In this document: positions 9,017 to 17,966 of the stretch, one piece after another
How positions within the stretch are numbered: position 1 is the stretch's first letter
How the letters are laid out: every line of letters starts with the position of its first letter
Origin: an uncultured beta proteobacterium
GTDB lineage: Bacteria; Pseudomonadota; Gammaproteobacteria; Burkholderiales; Burkholderiaceae_C
DNA: 33,251 nucleotides
Reading direction: 5' to 3'
Assembly (NCBI GenBank): GCA_903928325.1
Contig: CAIYQF010000289.1
Span: forward strand, 1 to 33,251
Notes under the pieces: model-generated
The model's input: the letters and a program-made list of their open reading frames with translations, nothing else
Databases searched by the model: none
What the model was told of the DNA's origin: nothing
Made by a program: the position numbers and the translations under genes

Positions 9017-9682
9017 TCATTCAAAATATATAAATTCGTAGTCACCCGAGTAGCCAAATTCTTGATAAAGCCAAATCCATTCGTCTTGATCAAAAAATGA
9101 TTCACAAGTCAAGGCCCAACATTGCAGGTTAAAAAGTTCCTGTTCATTCCGGTAACTCTCTAACATGACATAGCCCTGCCTGCCCACACGTTCGAGTTCG
9201 CTTAAGGCCACTTTAAGCTCAAATAGACGGAGGTTGTGCAAAGTGCCGAGTGAAATTACTAAATCAAATTCATTGTCAGAAAATGGATATTCGGTTTGGG
9301 CTTGCTGTATGCGCAGATGCGGCTTTACGAGGTCTGTTGCTCCGGTAAGGGCGTGCTCTGATATATCCATTCCAACAATGCGCAGCATGGGCTCTAGTAG
9401 CAGCATTTCATGGAGCAGAAAACCTTTTCCACAGCCGACGTCCAGCACCTTAGAGCCTGGACCAAGGTGGTAAGTGCGAATAATGGCCTCTGCGGCAGAG
9501 CGCCAACGGCCGGGCATATACCGGTGGCCGCCGTAGCCGAATCGGCGATCGCCATCCCAATACTGCTCGTCATAGCGTTTGGCAATTTGCATGCACGTCA
9601 CTTTGTCGTCCACCATGCGGGCTAAATAGTCCCGTCGTGTCGCCTGGTGAAGGCTCGTGGCAAAGTTGCGTAATTGGCCCAT
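9017..9682 (-). CDS. Class I SAM-dependent methyltransferase
   Basis: YWDGDRRFGYGG, VLDVGCGKGFLL, GMDISEHA and FDLVISLGTLHNL. Confidence 0.85.
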   Translation of the reverse strand: MGQLRNFATSLHQATRRDYLARMVDDKVTCMQIAKRYDEQYWDGDRRFGYGGHRYMPGRWRSAAEAIIRTYHLGPGSKVLDVGCGKGFLLHEMLLLEPMLRIVGMDISEHALTGATDLVKPHLRIQQAQTEYPFSDNEFDLVISLGTLHNLRLFELKVALSELERVGRQGYVMLESYRNEQELFNLQCWALTCESFFDQDEWIWLYQEFGYSGDYEFIYFE

Positions 9683-9697
9683 GGGTAACTAGCTTGG

Positions 9698-10762
9698 TTA
9701 AACGAAATTCACATGTTCTTGGTCTAGCGATAGGTACTCATGTATCGCGAGATTCTTGGCATGGCTTACGCAGTGATGACCACATTGCGTTGACGGATCA
9801 AACGTTTTCAGGAATTGCTGGGACTCTTCAGAAAACCAAAACTCTTTGAAACTTCGGGTTGCGATGGAACCCATACGTCCGGACTGTGTATATGCTTTGT
9901 CCTGACAGGTGTACACATGCTGGTCAGCGCCCACAACCGTCAGGAATTGAAGGAATGGGCACGTCCCATATTGCTTTTCGAAGCGGTCTTCTAAATCATG
10001 GTAATGGTTTAGTACGGAGAAGCTGTTGTCTGTGAGTGCTTGTGCCGCTTTAATCTGTTGTTCCACTTCATTCTTAATCGTTAGATGATAGGAGTTGTTC
10101 CCCGCAGCATCGTTACTCACCACTGCACCGGACACTTTAACGTGGTTGACGCCACAGTCTCTGAGTAGTGAACAAACCTCCATGATATGTCGGTGATTGT
10201 CATGTCCGACTATCAGGCTGACGCCGAGTACGCATTGGGTTGAATGCGCGGTAAAGTTGCGAATGTTCTCGATTAGCCGAGAAAAATCACGCCCTTTAGC
10301 GCCACGGCTTTTGACATAACTTTCGTCATCCCACGCGTCTAGAGAAACCCGGATCCACGTGCCATGCGCTGCAAATGCGTCGGCAACACGCCCCTTTAAG
10401 TTGGAACCGTTCGTCAATGCCGCTATGCGGACGCCACCGGTTGCCAAAATTTCGATCACTTCGGGCAGGGGTTTGTACAAAAGAGGTTCTCCACCACCTG
10501 AGAAAGTAACCGCCTTAACGCCCATGCTGACAAATTCGTGCGCCAAGGCCAGCATGCGTTCTGCCGGGATGCTGTCTTTGAGGACCATTTCATCACCGAG
10601 GTCAAGGTTGTCGGCGCGGTAGGCGCAGTACCAGCAATTGTGATTGCAGTGGTTAGTGGGTTTTACCCTTATGTGTACGGGCGCGACGATTTCTCCTTGG
10701 TCTAGGCCTGCTAAGTGATTTTTAAAATGCAAAAATTTGAGTGGGCTGTAATAGGTAGCCAT
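9698..10762 (-). CDS. Radical SAM enzyme with C-terminal SPASM/twitch-type Cys cluster
   Basis: CNHNCWYC (CxxxCxxC), FSGGGEPL, LTNGS and WIRVSLDA. C-terminal CPF...VYTCQD...CGHHC. Start reassigned to ATG 10762 (GGAG upstream, and it avoids overlap with the upstream gene). Confidence 0.9.
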   Translation of the reverse strand: MATYYSPLKFLHFKNHLAGLDQGEIVAPVHIRVKPTNHCNHNCWYCAYRADNLDLGDEMVLKDSIPAERMLALAHEFVSMGVKAVTFSGGGEPLLYKPLPEVIEILATGGVRIAALTNGSNLKGRVADAFAAHGTWIRVSLDAWDDESYVKSRGAKGRDFSRLIENIRNFTAHSTQCVLGVSLIVGHDNHRHIMEVCSLLRDCGVNHVKVSGAVVSNDAAGNNSYHLTIKNEVEQQIKAAQALTDNSFSVLNHYHDLEDRFEKQYGTCPFLQFLTVVGADQHVYTCQDKAYTQSGRMGSIATRSFKEFWFSEESQQFLKTFDPSTQCGHHCVSHAKNLAIHEYLSLDQEHVNFV

Positions 10763-10775
10763 TGAAGTCTCCAAT

Positions 10776-11174
10776 TTATGTATCAAAGGTAGCGCAATGT
10801 GGCAACGTCTGGCGGATGCGCCATAGCGTCTCGATTCGCGCAAACGCATGCTCGGTATTTGCACTCAAGCCTTCAACTGCGAAGTGCAAACTTTTGTTTT
10901 GCTGACGTAGCCGTTGGTAAATATGTTCACGGCGTCCTTCGCTTTCCGGCAACTGGAAGAGACTGTAGGCCACCAGACCATGCAGGTCCGACAATTCACT
11001 GAGTATTTGCTCAAAAATTAAATGGCAATTTGGCATAGCATATTCTGTTGCGCTGAGTAAAAATTGCAACTGGTGGCGCTCACAGTAATCACGAATGACC
11101 AAATTTTGCACGTGTTGCGGCACCCGCTCACCCATAAAGGGTCGGCTGAATATATAGCCGCGCACTTTGTTCAT
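10776..11174 (-). CDS. 'Sporadic carbohydrate cluster' protein (TIGR04323/LIC12192-like)
   Basis: RGYIFSRPFMGERVPQHVQNLVIRDYC...LSATEY...YSLFQLP...HFAVE, recognised from memory of the family. It sits next to the cognate 2OG-Fe(II) oxygenase. Confidence 0.75.
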   Translation of the reverse strand: MNKVRGYIFSRPFMGERVPQHVQNLVIRDYCERHQLQFLLSATEYAMPNCHLIFEQILSELSDLHGLVAYSLFQLPESEGRREHIYQRLRQQNKSLHFAVEGLSANTEHAFARIETLWRIRQTLPHCATFDT

Positions 11175-11965
11175 GATGGGTCGGGGAGCCGATATGCCAT
11201 GCCGGCTCGTGAGGCGGCACGCAGGGTAATAGGTTCAAAAAACTCGCCAATTTTTTTATCACCATAGGGCGTGAATACCCCCTTAAATCGGCAATTCATA
11301 GACCAGCGGGTTTCGGTTTCGTCGTTGATGCGGTTGCCGTGGGGAAGCCCTTGGTCAAAAAGAAGTACTTCGCCGTAACGCACCTCAAGAAACTTTACGT
11401 CCTGCTGAATCGATTGGTACAAATCTTCACTGGAATTACCAGCGCGATTGGCAAATTGTTGCTTCAATTCACCGGATGCCTTTGGCGGCAAAAGATACAT
11501 GGCCTTGGTGCCATAGCAGTCCACCAATGGCAACCAAACAACCACCTCGTAAGGCGAGTCGCCGGACCAGGTATCGGCGTGTACCGGCAGCAATGAACTG
11601 TCGTCATTGGGGAACTGAATACTTAGGTTCACCCGTAGTTGCATCGCTAATTCGTTTCCAACCAGCGTTTCAAGATACGGTCTGGCCACCCGGAAGTACA
11701 TGGAGCGGAACTCATCAACCGCGTTGAACCCCCGTATGATTTTTAGTCTGAAGGTGTTGAGTTGGGCAACGGGAACCTGGCGGTGAATATGGTTGAGCAC
11801 GTCTTCCGGGCTGTCAGACAAAGGCGTGCCGAGTGCGTCGGATACCAGCCGGATAAATTGGGTCCGCATCCATTGCAGCGCATCGGCATCTGCCACCGGG
11901 CGAACGACATATCCCTGACTCAGATATTCGGTAGAAAGTGCTTGCTCTGAATCGCTTAGAAACAT
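11171..11965 (-). CDS. 2OG-Fe(II) oxygenase, 'sporadic carbohydrate cluster' type (TIGR04324-like)
   Basis: NLSIQFPNDDSSLLPVHADTWSG (HxD), VVWLPLVD and LPHGNRINDETETRWSMNCRFK (distal His and RxS). Real start is probably MFLSD at 11965. Confidence 0.85.
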   Translation of the reverse strand: MFLSDSEQALSTEYLSQGYVVRPVADADALQWMRTQFIRLVSDALGTPLSDSPEDVLNHIHRQVPVAQLNTFRLKIIRGFNAVDEFRSMYFRVARPYLETLVGNELAMQLRVNLSIQFPNDDSSLLPVHADTWSGDSPYEVVVWLPLVDCYGTKAMYLLPPKASGELKQQFANRAGNSSEDLYQSIQQDVKFLEVRYGEVLLFDQGLPHGNRINDETETRWSMNCRFKGVFTPYGDKKIGEFFEPITLRAASRAGMAYRLPDPS

Positions 11966-11967
11966 GA

Positions 11968-12897
11968 TCAGCCTTTTTGCAACTTCTTCCGCATGGTCTG
12001 GCAAAGGGCGTCGACGGTGAGGCCCCAGTGCGCAAACAGCGTATCTTGTGTGCCATATTGCTCTGCAAACTGATCGGGTATTCCGATCCGTGCTACTTTG
12101 GCTGCGTGTTCTGGCATTTCGTCGCTGCAGAACTCGAGTATGGCGCTGCCCAGGCCTCCGATGCGGGTGTGTTCTTCCACCGTAACCACAGCGTCGACTT
12201 TGGGGAACCAATGTAGTAGCGCTGCATCGTCTAGAGGCTTGACGGTGTGCATGTGCAGTAGACCGCACGCAATACCTTCCGTCGCTAGTTGATCAATGGC
12301 CTGCAAGGCAATCTGGGCCATGACTCCAGTGGTGATGAACAGGCCTGTATCCGGTTCCCGCATCAATATTGCTTTGCCTATTTGGAAACCATAGTCCGGG
12401 TTGCTCACCACTGCATCGCCTCCTTTTGCCAAGCGGATGTACATAGGGTGTGGCCAGTCGATACTGGCTTCCATCAGACGGCGCATTTCTTGCGCATCGC
12501 AAGGCGCAAGCACTGCCATATTGGGCAGAGCGCGCATGATCGCCAAATCCTCTACCGCCAAATGCGTTGGCCCCAGTGGGGCGTATACGCCGCCACCGCC
12601 ACTAGCAATCAGACGAACTGGCAAATCTTGGAGGCACAAGTCCAAGGCCACTTGCTCGTAGCAGCGCCGGGTCAAAAAGGTGGCAATGGTGTTGATGTAG
12701 GGAATAAAGCCACTGAGCGCCAAACCCGCCGCCATGCCGACGATGTGCTGCTCGCTAACCCCCTCCATGAAAAAGCGGTCCGGAATTTCCCTTTTCATGC
12801 CGTCAAGCACCCCAGGACCGAGATCGGAGCCAATGAAGACAATGCGAGGATCCACCTTGGCGAATTGGTAGACCATGTCTAAACTTGTTTTACGCAT
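11968..12897 (-). CDS. Transketolase-like protein, C-terminal (pyrimidine-binding plus C) subunit
   Basis: FIGSDLG, RFFMEGVSEQHIVGMAAGLA, LGPTHLAVED, PMYIRL, TVKPLD and VTVEEH...GGLGS. Confidence 0.92.
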   Translation of the reverse strand: MRKTSLDMVYQFAKVDPRIVFIGSDLGPGVLDGMKREIPDRFFMEGVSEQHIVGMAAGLALSGFIPYINTIATFLTRRCYEQVALDLCLQDLPVRLIASGGGGVYAPLGPTHLAVEDLAIMRALPNMAVLAPCDAQEMRRLMEASIDWPHPMYIRLAKGGDAVVSNPDYGFQIGKAILMREPDTGLFITTGVMAQIALQAIDQLATEGIACGLLHMHTVKPLDDAALLHWFPKVDAVVTVEEHTRIGGLGSAILEFCSDEMPEHAAKVARIGIPDQFAEQYGTQDTLFAHWGLTVDALCQTMRKKLQKG

Positions 12898-12912
12898 TTA
12901 AACACCCGCTGA

Positions 12913-13710
12913 TTAAATTAGACAGTCGTACATGGCTGCGATGTCCTTCGACGTCAGCCCCGACTTGTGATGCCAGTCGGCCTTGCCTTCGGCAAACGGA
13001 AATCCTTTACCTTTGACGGTATGGCAAATCACAGCGGTTGGTTTACTCGAATTCAAGGGTAGTCGTGCTACCAATTGCTCGAGCGCCTGGACATCATGTC
13101 CATCAACCTCTTTCACCTCAAAGCCAAAACTGATCCATTTGTCTGCCAGCGGCTCGAGATCCAGCACTTCCCGGGTCGGGCCATAGGATTGCAGCTTGTT
13201 GTAATCTATGAACACGGTCAGAGCAGAGAGCCGATGCTTGCCAGCAGACATGGCGGCCTCCCACACGGATCCCTCGTTGATTTCCCCATCGCCTGTGACG
13301 ACAACCACGCGATAGGACTGCTTACGAATTTTCGCGGCAAGCGCCATGCCAACCCCGATAGACAGTCCATGGCCCAGGGCGCCTGTAGATGCTTCCACCC
13401 CCGGAAGTTTGCCAAACTCTGGATGTCCGCCTAATCGGGAAGTGGGAGCACAAAAGGTCAGTAACTCTTCTTTCGGGAAGAATCCTTTATCTGCCAAAAT
13501 AGAATAAAGCGTAAGGCAGCCATGTCCCTTACTCAAAATAAAGCGGTCCCGCTCCGCCCACATTGGCTCGTCGGTGCGAAACTGCAAAAAAGAATCGTAT
13601 AGAACGCGTAGTATTTCAACCATTGACATGGAAGACCCGAGGTGACCTCGTCGGCCCCCCTCTAATGCATCGACAATGCTGCGCCTAAGTTGTTTGGACC
13701 GTTGATCCAT
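12913..13710 (-). CDS. Transketolase-like protein, N-terminal ThDP-binding subunit
   Basis: GHLGSSMS, RDRFILSKGH, LGGHP, STGALGHGL, GDGEINEGSVWEA...DYNKLQ and HTVKGKG...WHH. Confidence 0.92.
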   Translation of the reverse strand: MDQRSKQLRRSIVDALEGGRRGHLGSSMSMVEILRVLYDSFLQFRTDEPMWAERDRFILSKGHGCLTLYSILADKGFFPKEELLTFCAPTSRLGGHPEFGKLPGVEASTGALGHGLSIGVGMALAAKIRKQSYRVVVVTGDGEINEGSVWEAAMSAGKHRLSALTVFIDYNKLQSYGPTREVLDLEPLADKWISFGFEVKEVDGHDVQALEQLVARLPLNSSKPTAVICHTVKGKGFPFAEGKADWHHKSGLTSKDIAAMYDCLI

Positions 13711-15328
13711 GATGGAGTTTTTCCTTTATTTCTTGTAACAAGGCCTTGGCCTTGTGGAGTTGCAGACTGCAGGTGTCGGGAGTTGAAATGTTTTTCTCGG
13801 GATTGGCATTAAGTCTTCGTGCCATTTCTGATTTCAAAAATTCATTCAGAATGATCAAGCACCATCTAAGGCCATACAGCGGCAGGTAGCAGTTCAGACG
13901 GGCCGAAAAATCTGGGTCATTTTGGAACACGAATTCAGATGCAACTAACCACTTCTTTCGCAATTCATTGCCCAAATGCATACCTGGGTGCCAATAGAAA
14001 TCACTGACCAGCTTCACAGGGTCATCCCATCCAAAATATTCGAAATCATAAAACATATTGGTGCCACAAGTCAACCGAAGCGCGTTATGTGATCCAAAAT
14101 CCGATGGGCTAGCAATTTGAAATGACCGGGCAAGAGGCACATGGAATAAATCGCCGCCGCGCGACTTGGCGCGAGATACGGCATTCTCCAGTGCCGATCG
14201 AAGCTCGTCCGTGATGAAAGCAGCTAGGTCTGGGTTAGCAACAACAGCAAGCTTTTGAATACGTACTTCGATTTGATTTGCAATATCCAAACCAGATAAG
14301 CATGCCTCTGATGCAAGTGGAAATTCAGAAAAGACGCAAGATTTATGACTGTCAAAATGAAGCCGTCGAGAAAAATCGATGGCAGCGTCTACAAAGGACG
14401 CATCCGTATCACCAATAGGCATACCGTCCAGCCACTCGTAAATACCCCATCCAAGGTGTTCGCTGCTTGCAATTGCCTGGTTTACCGGGTAGCCAAGTTC
14501 GGCAAGTTTTTGACAAGCAGAAAACTCAGTATGGAGCCGCGTCCGTTTATCGAGCTGCAAGTCAGGATAGACCTTCAGGAGGTAATTTCTTGAGGTGCTC
14601 CCGGTGAGTTTGTAAACACGACTGTTGCCCCGACCCGGTTGAACAAAAGCCTTATTTACCTTTAATTCAGGGAACAAGTGTTGAATTGCATGGCAGACCT
14701 CTACCTCTGACCATGGTCCAAGAATCTGGGCTGTCACGTCGCGCCAAGATCCGGCAGTAGTATTACCGGTGACATGGTGTGAGCCAGACGGTGAGAATAA
14801 GACCTTACTCATGTCTGAAGGAAACTCAGGTTCTCCAAAAACCTCAATTAAATCGTCGATAAAATGGGTGCACCCCAGATTGCGGATGCGATGAATCTTG
14901 TCTTGACGAGTCGATTCAAAAAACACATTCTCCTTCTTCAAGTAGTATTGACTATCGTTAATAAATTTATTTTTCTCTAACCAACGTAGAGCTTGGCCCC
15001 GAAGCGGTACCCGCTCGGGGTCGAAATGACCGAATTCGGACTTATGACTCACCACAAAGACTTCGTGACCCCGTATATTCGCAAGGTAGATGAATTCGTG
15101 AATACCGGGGAATGCTGTGGCACGTAACATATGCTTACCATACACCTGCCCCTGTAACCGCTGCCATCCGATGTCACCATCGGTAAGGCTTTGAATTTCA
15201 CGCTTAACCTCAAACTTGGTAGAACAGTTTTCCACAGATTGAATACCTAAGAGGGCAGCAACCTCCAAGAACGCTTGGTCGTAACAAGCGATCGTGTTGT
15301 CAAAATCTATTCCAATGCGCAACATCAA
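13685..15328 (-). CDS. Fusion of a HAD-like phosphatase domain and an APH/choline-kinase-like phosphotransferase domain
   Basis: N-terminal IGIDFDNT (DxDxT), VVSHK and HFIDDL. C-terminal GRGNSRVYK, LLKVY, SPSDFGSHNAL and FYDFEYFGWDDP. Confidence 0.8.
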   Translation of the reverse strand: MMLRIGIDFDNTIACYDQAFLEVAALLGIQSVENCSTKFEVKREIQSLTDGDIGWQRLQGQVYGKHMLRATAFPGIHEFIYLANIRGHEVFVVSHKSEFGHFDPERVPLRGQALRWLEKNKFINDSQYYLKKENVFFESTRQDKIHRIRNLGCTHFIDDLIEVFGEPEFPSDMSKVLFSPSGSHHVTGNTTAGSWRDVTAQILGPWSEVEVCHAIQHLFPELKVNKAFVQPGRGNSRVYKLTGSTSRNYLLKVYPDLQLDKRTRLHTEFSACQKLAELGYPVNQAIASSEHLGWGIYEWLDGMPIGDTDASFVDAAIDFSRRLHFDSHKSCVFSEFPLASEACLSGLDIANQIEVRIQKLAVVANPDLAAFITDELRSALENAVSRAKSRGGDLFHVPLARSFQIASPSDFGSHNALRLTCGTNMFYDFEYFGWDDPVKLVSDFYWHPGMHLGNELRKKWLVASEFVFQNDPDFSARLNCYLPLYGLRWCLIILNEFLKSEMARRLNANPEKNISTPDTCSLQLHKAKALLQEIKEKLHHGSTVQTT

Positions 15329-16317
15329 TTTAGCTCAATACTTTGCATACGCTTAATATTGAAATAACGCTCGTCGCTCAATGAGTTTGGTAACAGTCCT
15401 TGCTCGAGTGCATTTTTGATGTCACGACTCGCTTCAGCGATAGAATGAGAAGGCACGAATCCCAAGAGATCTGCAATCTTTTGAGAGGAAATATGGTACG
15501 AACGATTGTCGTTTGTCGGCGTTGCAACGAGTTTCACATCCTCACCCATGACCGACTGGACCGTTTGGGCTAACTCCAGCACAGATTGATTTTCTGTACC
15601 GACATTGAATATTTCACCGGCGATCTTCTCTTTTGGCGCACGGAGGACTACCAAATAAGCGTCAACCATATCAGCGATATGAATATTCGGACGCAATTGC
15701 TTGCCACCAAAGACGCTGATCTCGCGTTTGTGAAATGCTAAGTTGGTAAGAATATTGACAACGACATCAAGGCGTTGGCGTGGGGAGTAGCCGCAGACCG
15801 TCGCTGGTCGGATGGTGACGGTGGTGAATTCGGGTGACTCGTATCTCTTCAAAATCTTCTCGCAATCAGCCTTGAATTTCGAGTAGTCCGTCAGCGGCTC
15901 CAAAGACATACCTTCATGGACATTTTTCTCTTCCTTAACACCATAGACTGATGAGGACGAGGCATAGATAAACCTTTTAACGCCAGCTTGTTGGCTGATC
16001 TGAACCAGTGGCTCAAACGCATCCAGATTAATTGACTTTCCTAAGTTTGGATTCAACTCAAAACTTGGGTCGTTCGAAATGCAAGCCAGATGAATAACTG
16101 CATCATGCCCCGTTATGGTCTGCTTTAACAATGCTTGATCCCGGATATCCCCTTTGATCAAAGTTAGATTAGAGTGCGCTTGGATGACATCCTCACCATA
16201 CATCATCAGATCCAAGACAGTGACATGGTGCCCTTCATCCAATAATTTAGGAACCAATACGGCACCAACGTAGCCGGCACCACCTGTAATATAGATACGA
16301 TTAAGTTTGTTTGTCAT
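15325..16317 (-). CDS. NAD-dependent NDP-sugar epimerase/dehydratase (extended SDR)
   Basis: ITGGAGYVG, HLACISNDP, YASSSSVYG, YSKFK, RPATVCGYSPRQRLD and RPNIHI. Start is MTNKL at 16317. Confidence 0.9.
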   Translation of the reverse strand: MTNKLNRIYITGGAGYVGAVLVPKLLDEGHHVTVLDLMMYGEDVIQAHSNLTLIKGDIRDQALLKQTITGHDAVIHLACISNDPSFELNPNLGKSINLDAFEPLVQISQQAGVKRFIYASSSSVYGVKEEKNVHEGMSLEPLTDYSKFKADCEKILKRYESPEFTTVTIRPATVCGYSPRQRLDVVVNILTNLAFHKREISVFGGKQLRPNIHIADMVDAYLVVLRAPKEKIAGEIFNVGTENQSVLELAQTVQSVMGEDVKLVATPTNDNRSYHISSQKIADLLGFVPSHSIAEASRDIKNALEQGLLPNSLSDERYFNIKRMQSIELN

Positions 16318-17350
16318 TGCGATTACTCTCCAGGTTATTTGAATTGCTTGGTAATTTGTCGGTGGCACCACTAGGTCCGAGGTATTTAAACCAATCGTGG
16401 GTAGCTGATGCAATGGTCTCAGGCGTCCAGACCGGTGCGTTTCGCCAATAGTCGATGTCCTCAAGTACCTTGGCGACACCGTCCTCGATGGAAACCTGGG
16501 GCTGCCAGGCCAAGTCTTGGCTGATGGAACTGATATCCGCAAAAGTACAGTCAGGCTCACCCGGTCGCTTGGGAATGTAAATTTTTTCACCGCCCAGAAG
16601 TTCGACCAGGCGGTTAACCGAGACGGTCTTGCCACTTCCGACGTTGTAAATTTTCCCAGTTTGGCGGCTTTGGGCGACAGTCATAAGTGCTGACGCGATG
16701 TCTGTTACGTAGGTGAAATCTCGGGTCTGGCACCCATCACCCACAATGGTGAATGGTTTGCCGCCAAGCTTTTGCGCCAAAAATACACCCAAGACGGCAC
16801 CATAAGTGCCTGACGTACGCGATCGGGTGCCATAGACGTTAAAAAACCGCGTTGACACTGCTGGTAATTTATAAACTTGCGCCCAATGCATTACCAATTC
16901 TTCTCCCATGCGCTTGGTGAGGGCGTACGGATATTGGGGTCGTATGGCTGCGGATTCTGCTGTCGGATATGCGTCCGGAATACCGTAACATGACGAAGAA
17001 GCTGCATAAACAAAACGTGCCACACCGGCTTGGGTACAAGCTTGCAGCACATTGAATGTGCCATCAACATTGGCCCGAAAATAGGGCCCCGGCTGCTGGA
17101 TGCTGGGTACGATATCTGCAAGTGCGGCCAAATGAAATACCCAGTCGTTTTTTTCTATCAATTGCATCCAGGGGCCAGCCGTTGCAATATCGCATTCGTG
17201 AAGTTCAATCGCGGATCGCACATGCGCTAAGTTTTCTGGGCGGCCCGTGCTGAAATTGTCTAAAACGGTAACTTGATGGCCCTGGGCCAACAATGCGTCT
17301 ACCAAATGGCTACCGATAAATCCTGCACCTCCTGTAACGATTGCTTTCAT
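16301..17350 (-). CDS. NAD-dependent NDP-sugar epimerase/dehydratase (GalE-like extended SDR)
   Basis: VTGGAGFIGSHL, FHLAALADIVPS, ASSSCYG, YALTK, RFFNVYG and RDFTYV. Start is MKAIV at 17350. Confidence 0.9.
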   Translation of the reverse strand: MKAIVTGGAGFIGSHLVDALLAQGHQVTVLDNFSTGRPENLAHVRSAIELHECDIATAGPWMQLIEKNDWVFHLAALADIVPSIQQPGPYFRANVDGTFNVLQACTQAGVARFVYAASSSCYGIPDAYPTAESAAIRPQYPYALTKRMGEELVMHWAQVYKLPAVSTRFFNVYGTRSRTSGTYGAVLGVFLAQKLGGKPFTIVGDGCQTRDFTYVTDIASALMTVAQSRQTGKIYNVGSGKTVSVNRLVELLGGEKIYIPKRPGEPDCTFADISSISQDLAWQPQVSIEDGVAKVLEDIDYWRNAPVWTPETIASATHDWFKYLGPSGATDKLPSNSNNLESNRNDKQT

Positions 17351-17351
17351 T

Positions 17352-17924
17352 TTATTGCTTTGTTGAAAGGTTTTGTAGGCTGAGCCATTGCATACACATG
17401 TGACCGACAATCAGTTGCAGATCCTCTGCGATTTGCATGTCATGCACTTCAAAATGTATGGGAAACTGTGCGAGATCTTTACACCGTCCACCGGTGAATC
17501 CGAGTACAGCAAATGTTGCTAATCCCATTTTGTTCGCCCGATCAATAGCATTCACTACGTTAGGGGAGTTCCCGCTTCCTGAAAGAACAACCAAAACATC
17601 GCCAGGATTTCCCTTAACACGAATTTGCTCAGAATAAATATTATCATAGCCGATATCGTTCGCGAGACAGGTGAGTACGGCACTGTTGGCGCTCAAGGAC
17701 TCGGATCTGAGGCCTGTGCCGTTGCCTTTGCCCGCGCCATATATAAAATCATTTGCCAAATGGTTCGCATTGCCTGCGCTACCACCATTGCCACAAAAAT
17801 AGATGTTGGAGCCAGTCTTCCAAGCCTGCAACATAGCAGCACCAAGCTTTGGAACTTCGCCCATGGCATCTAATTTCAAAGCGCTAACCAAGTCCGAAGA
17901 GTATTTACTTATAATTGTATGCAT
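17352..17924 (-). CDS. gmhA: Phosphoheptose isomerase-like SIS-domain protein
   Basis: FCGNGGSAGNANH, TCLANDIGYDNIY, GDVLVVLSGSGNSPNV and MQIAEDLQL. Confidence 0.85.
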   Translation of the reverse strand: MHTIISKYSSDLVSALKLDAMGEVPKLGAAMLQAWKTGSNIYFCGNGGSAGNANHLANDFIYGAGKGNGTGLRSESLSANSAVLTCLANDIGYDNIYSEQIRVKGNPGDVLVVLSGSGNSPNVVNAIDRANKMGLATFAVLGFTGGRCKDLAQFPIHFEVHDMQIAEDLQLIVGHMCMQWLSLQNLSTKQ

Positions 17925-17966
17925 ATTGCAAGCTTTCTTATATGTACTAAAGAAAAATTAATGATA

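Noticed and set aside
11966-12268. Long N-terminal extensions in the ORF track (oxygenase to 12268, SDRs to 16635 and 17410, radical SAM to 10864)
   Set aside because: They overlap upstream genes and are low-information; downstream ATGs fit the family N-termini.
13685-14700. Aminoglycoside resistance gene
   Set aside because: The APH-like fold is fused to a HAD domain inside a sugar operon and lacks the canonical HGD loop.
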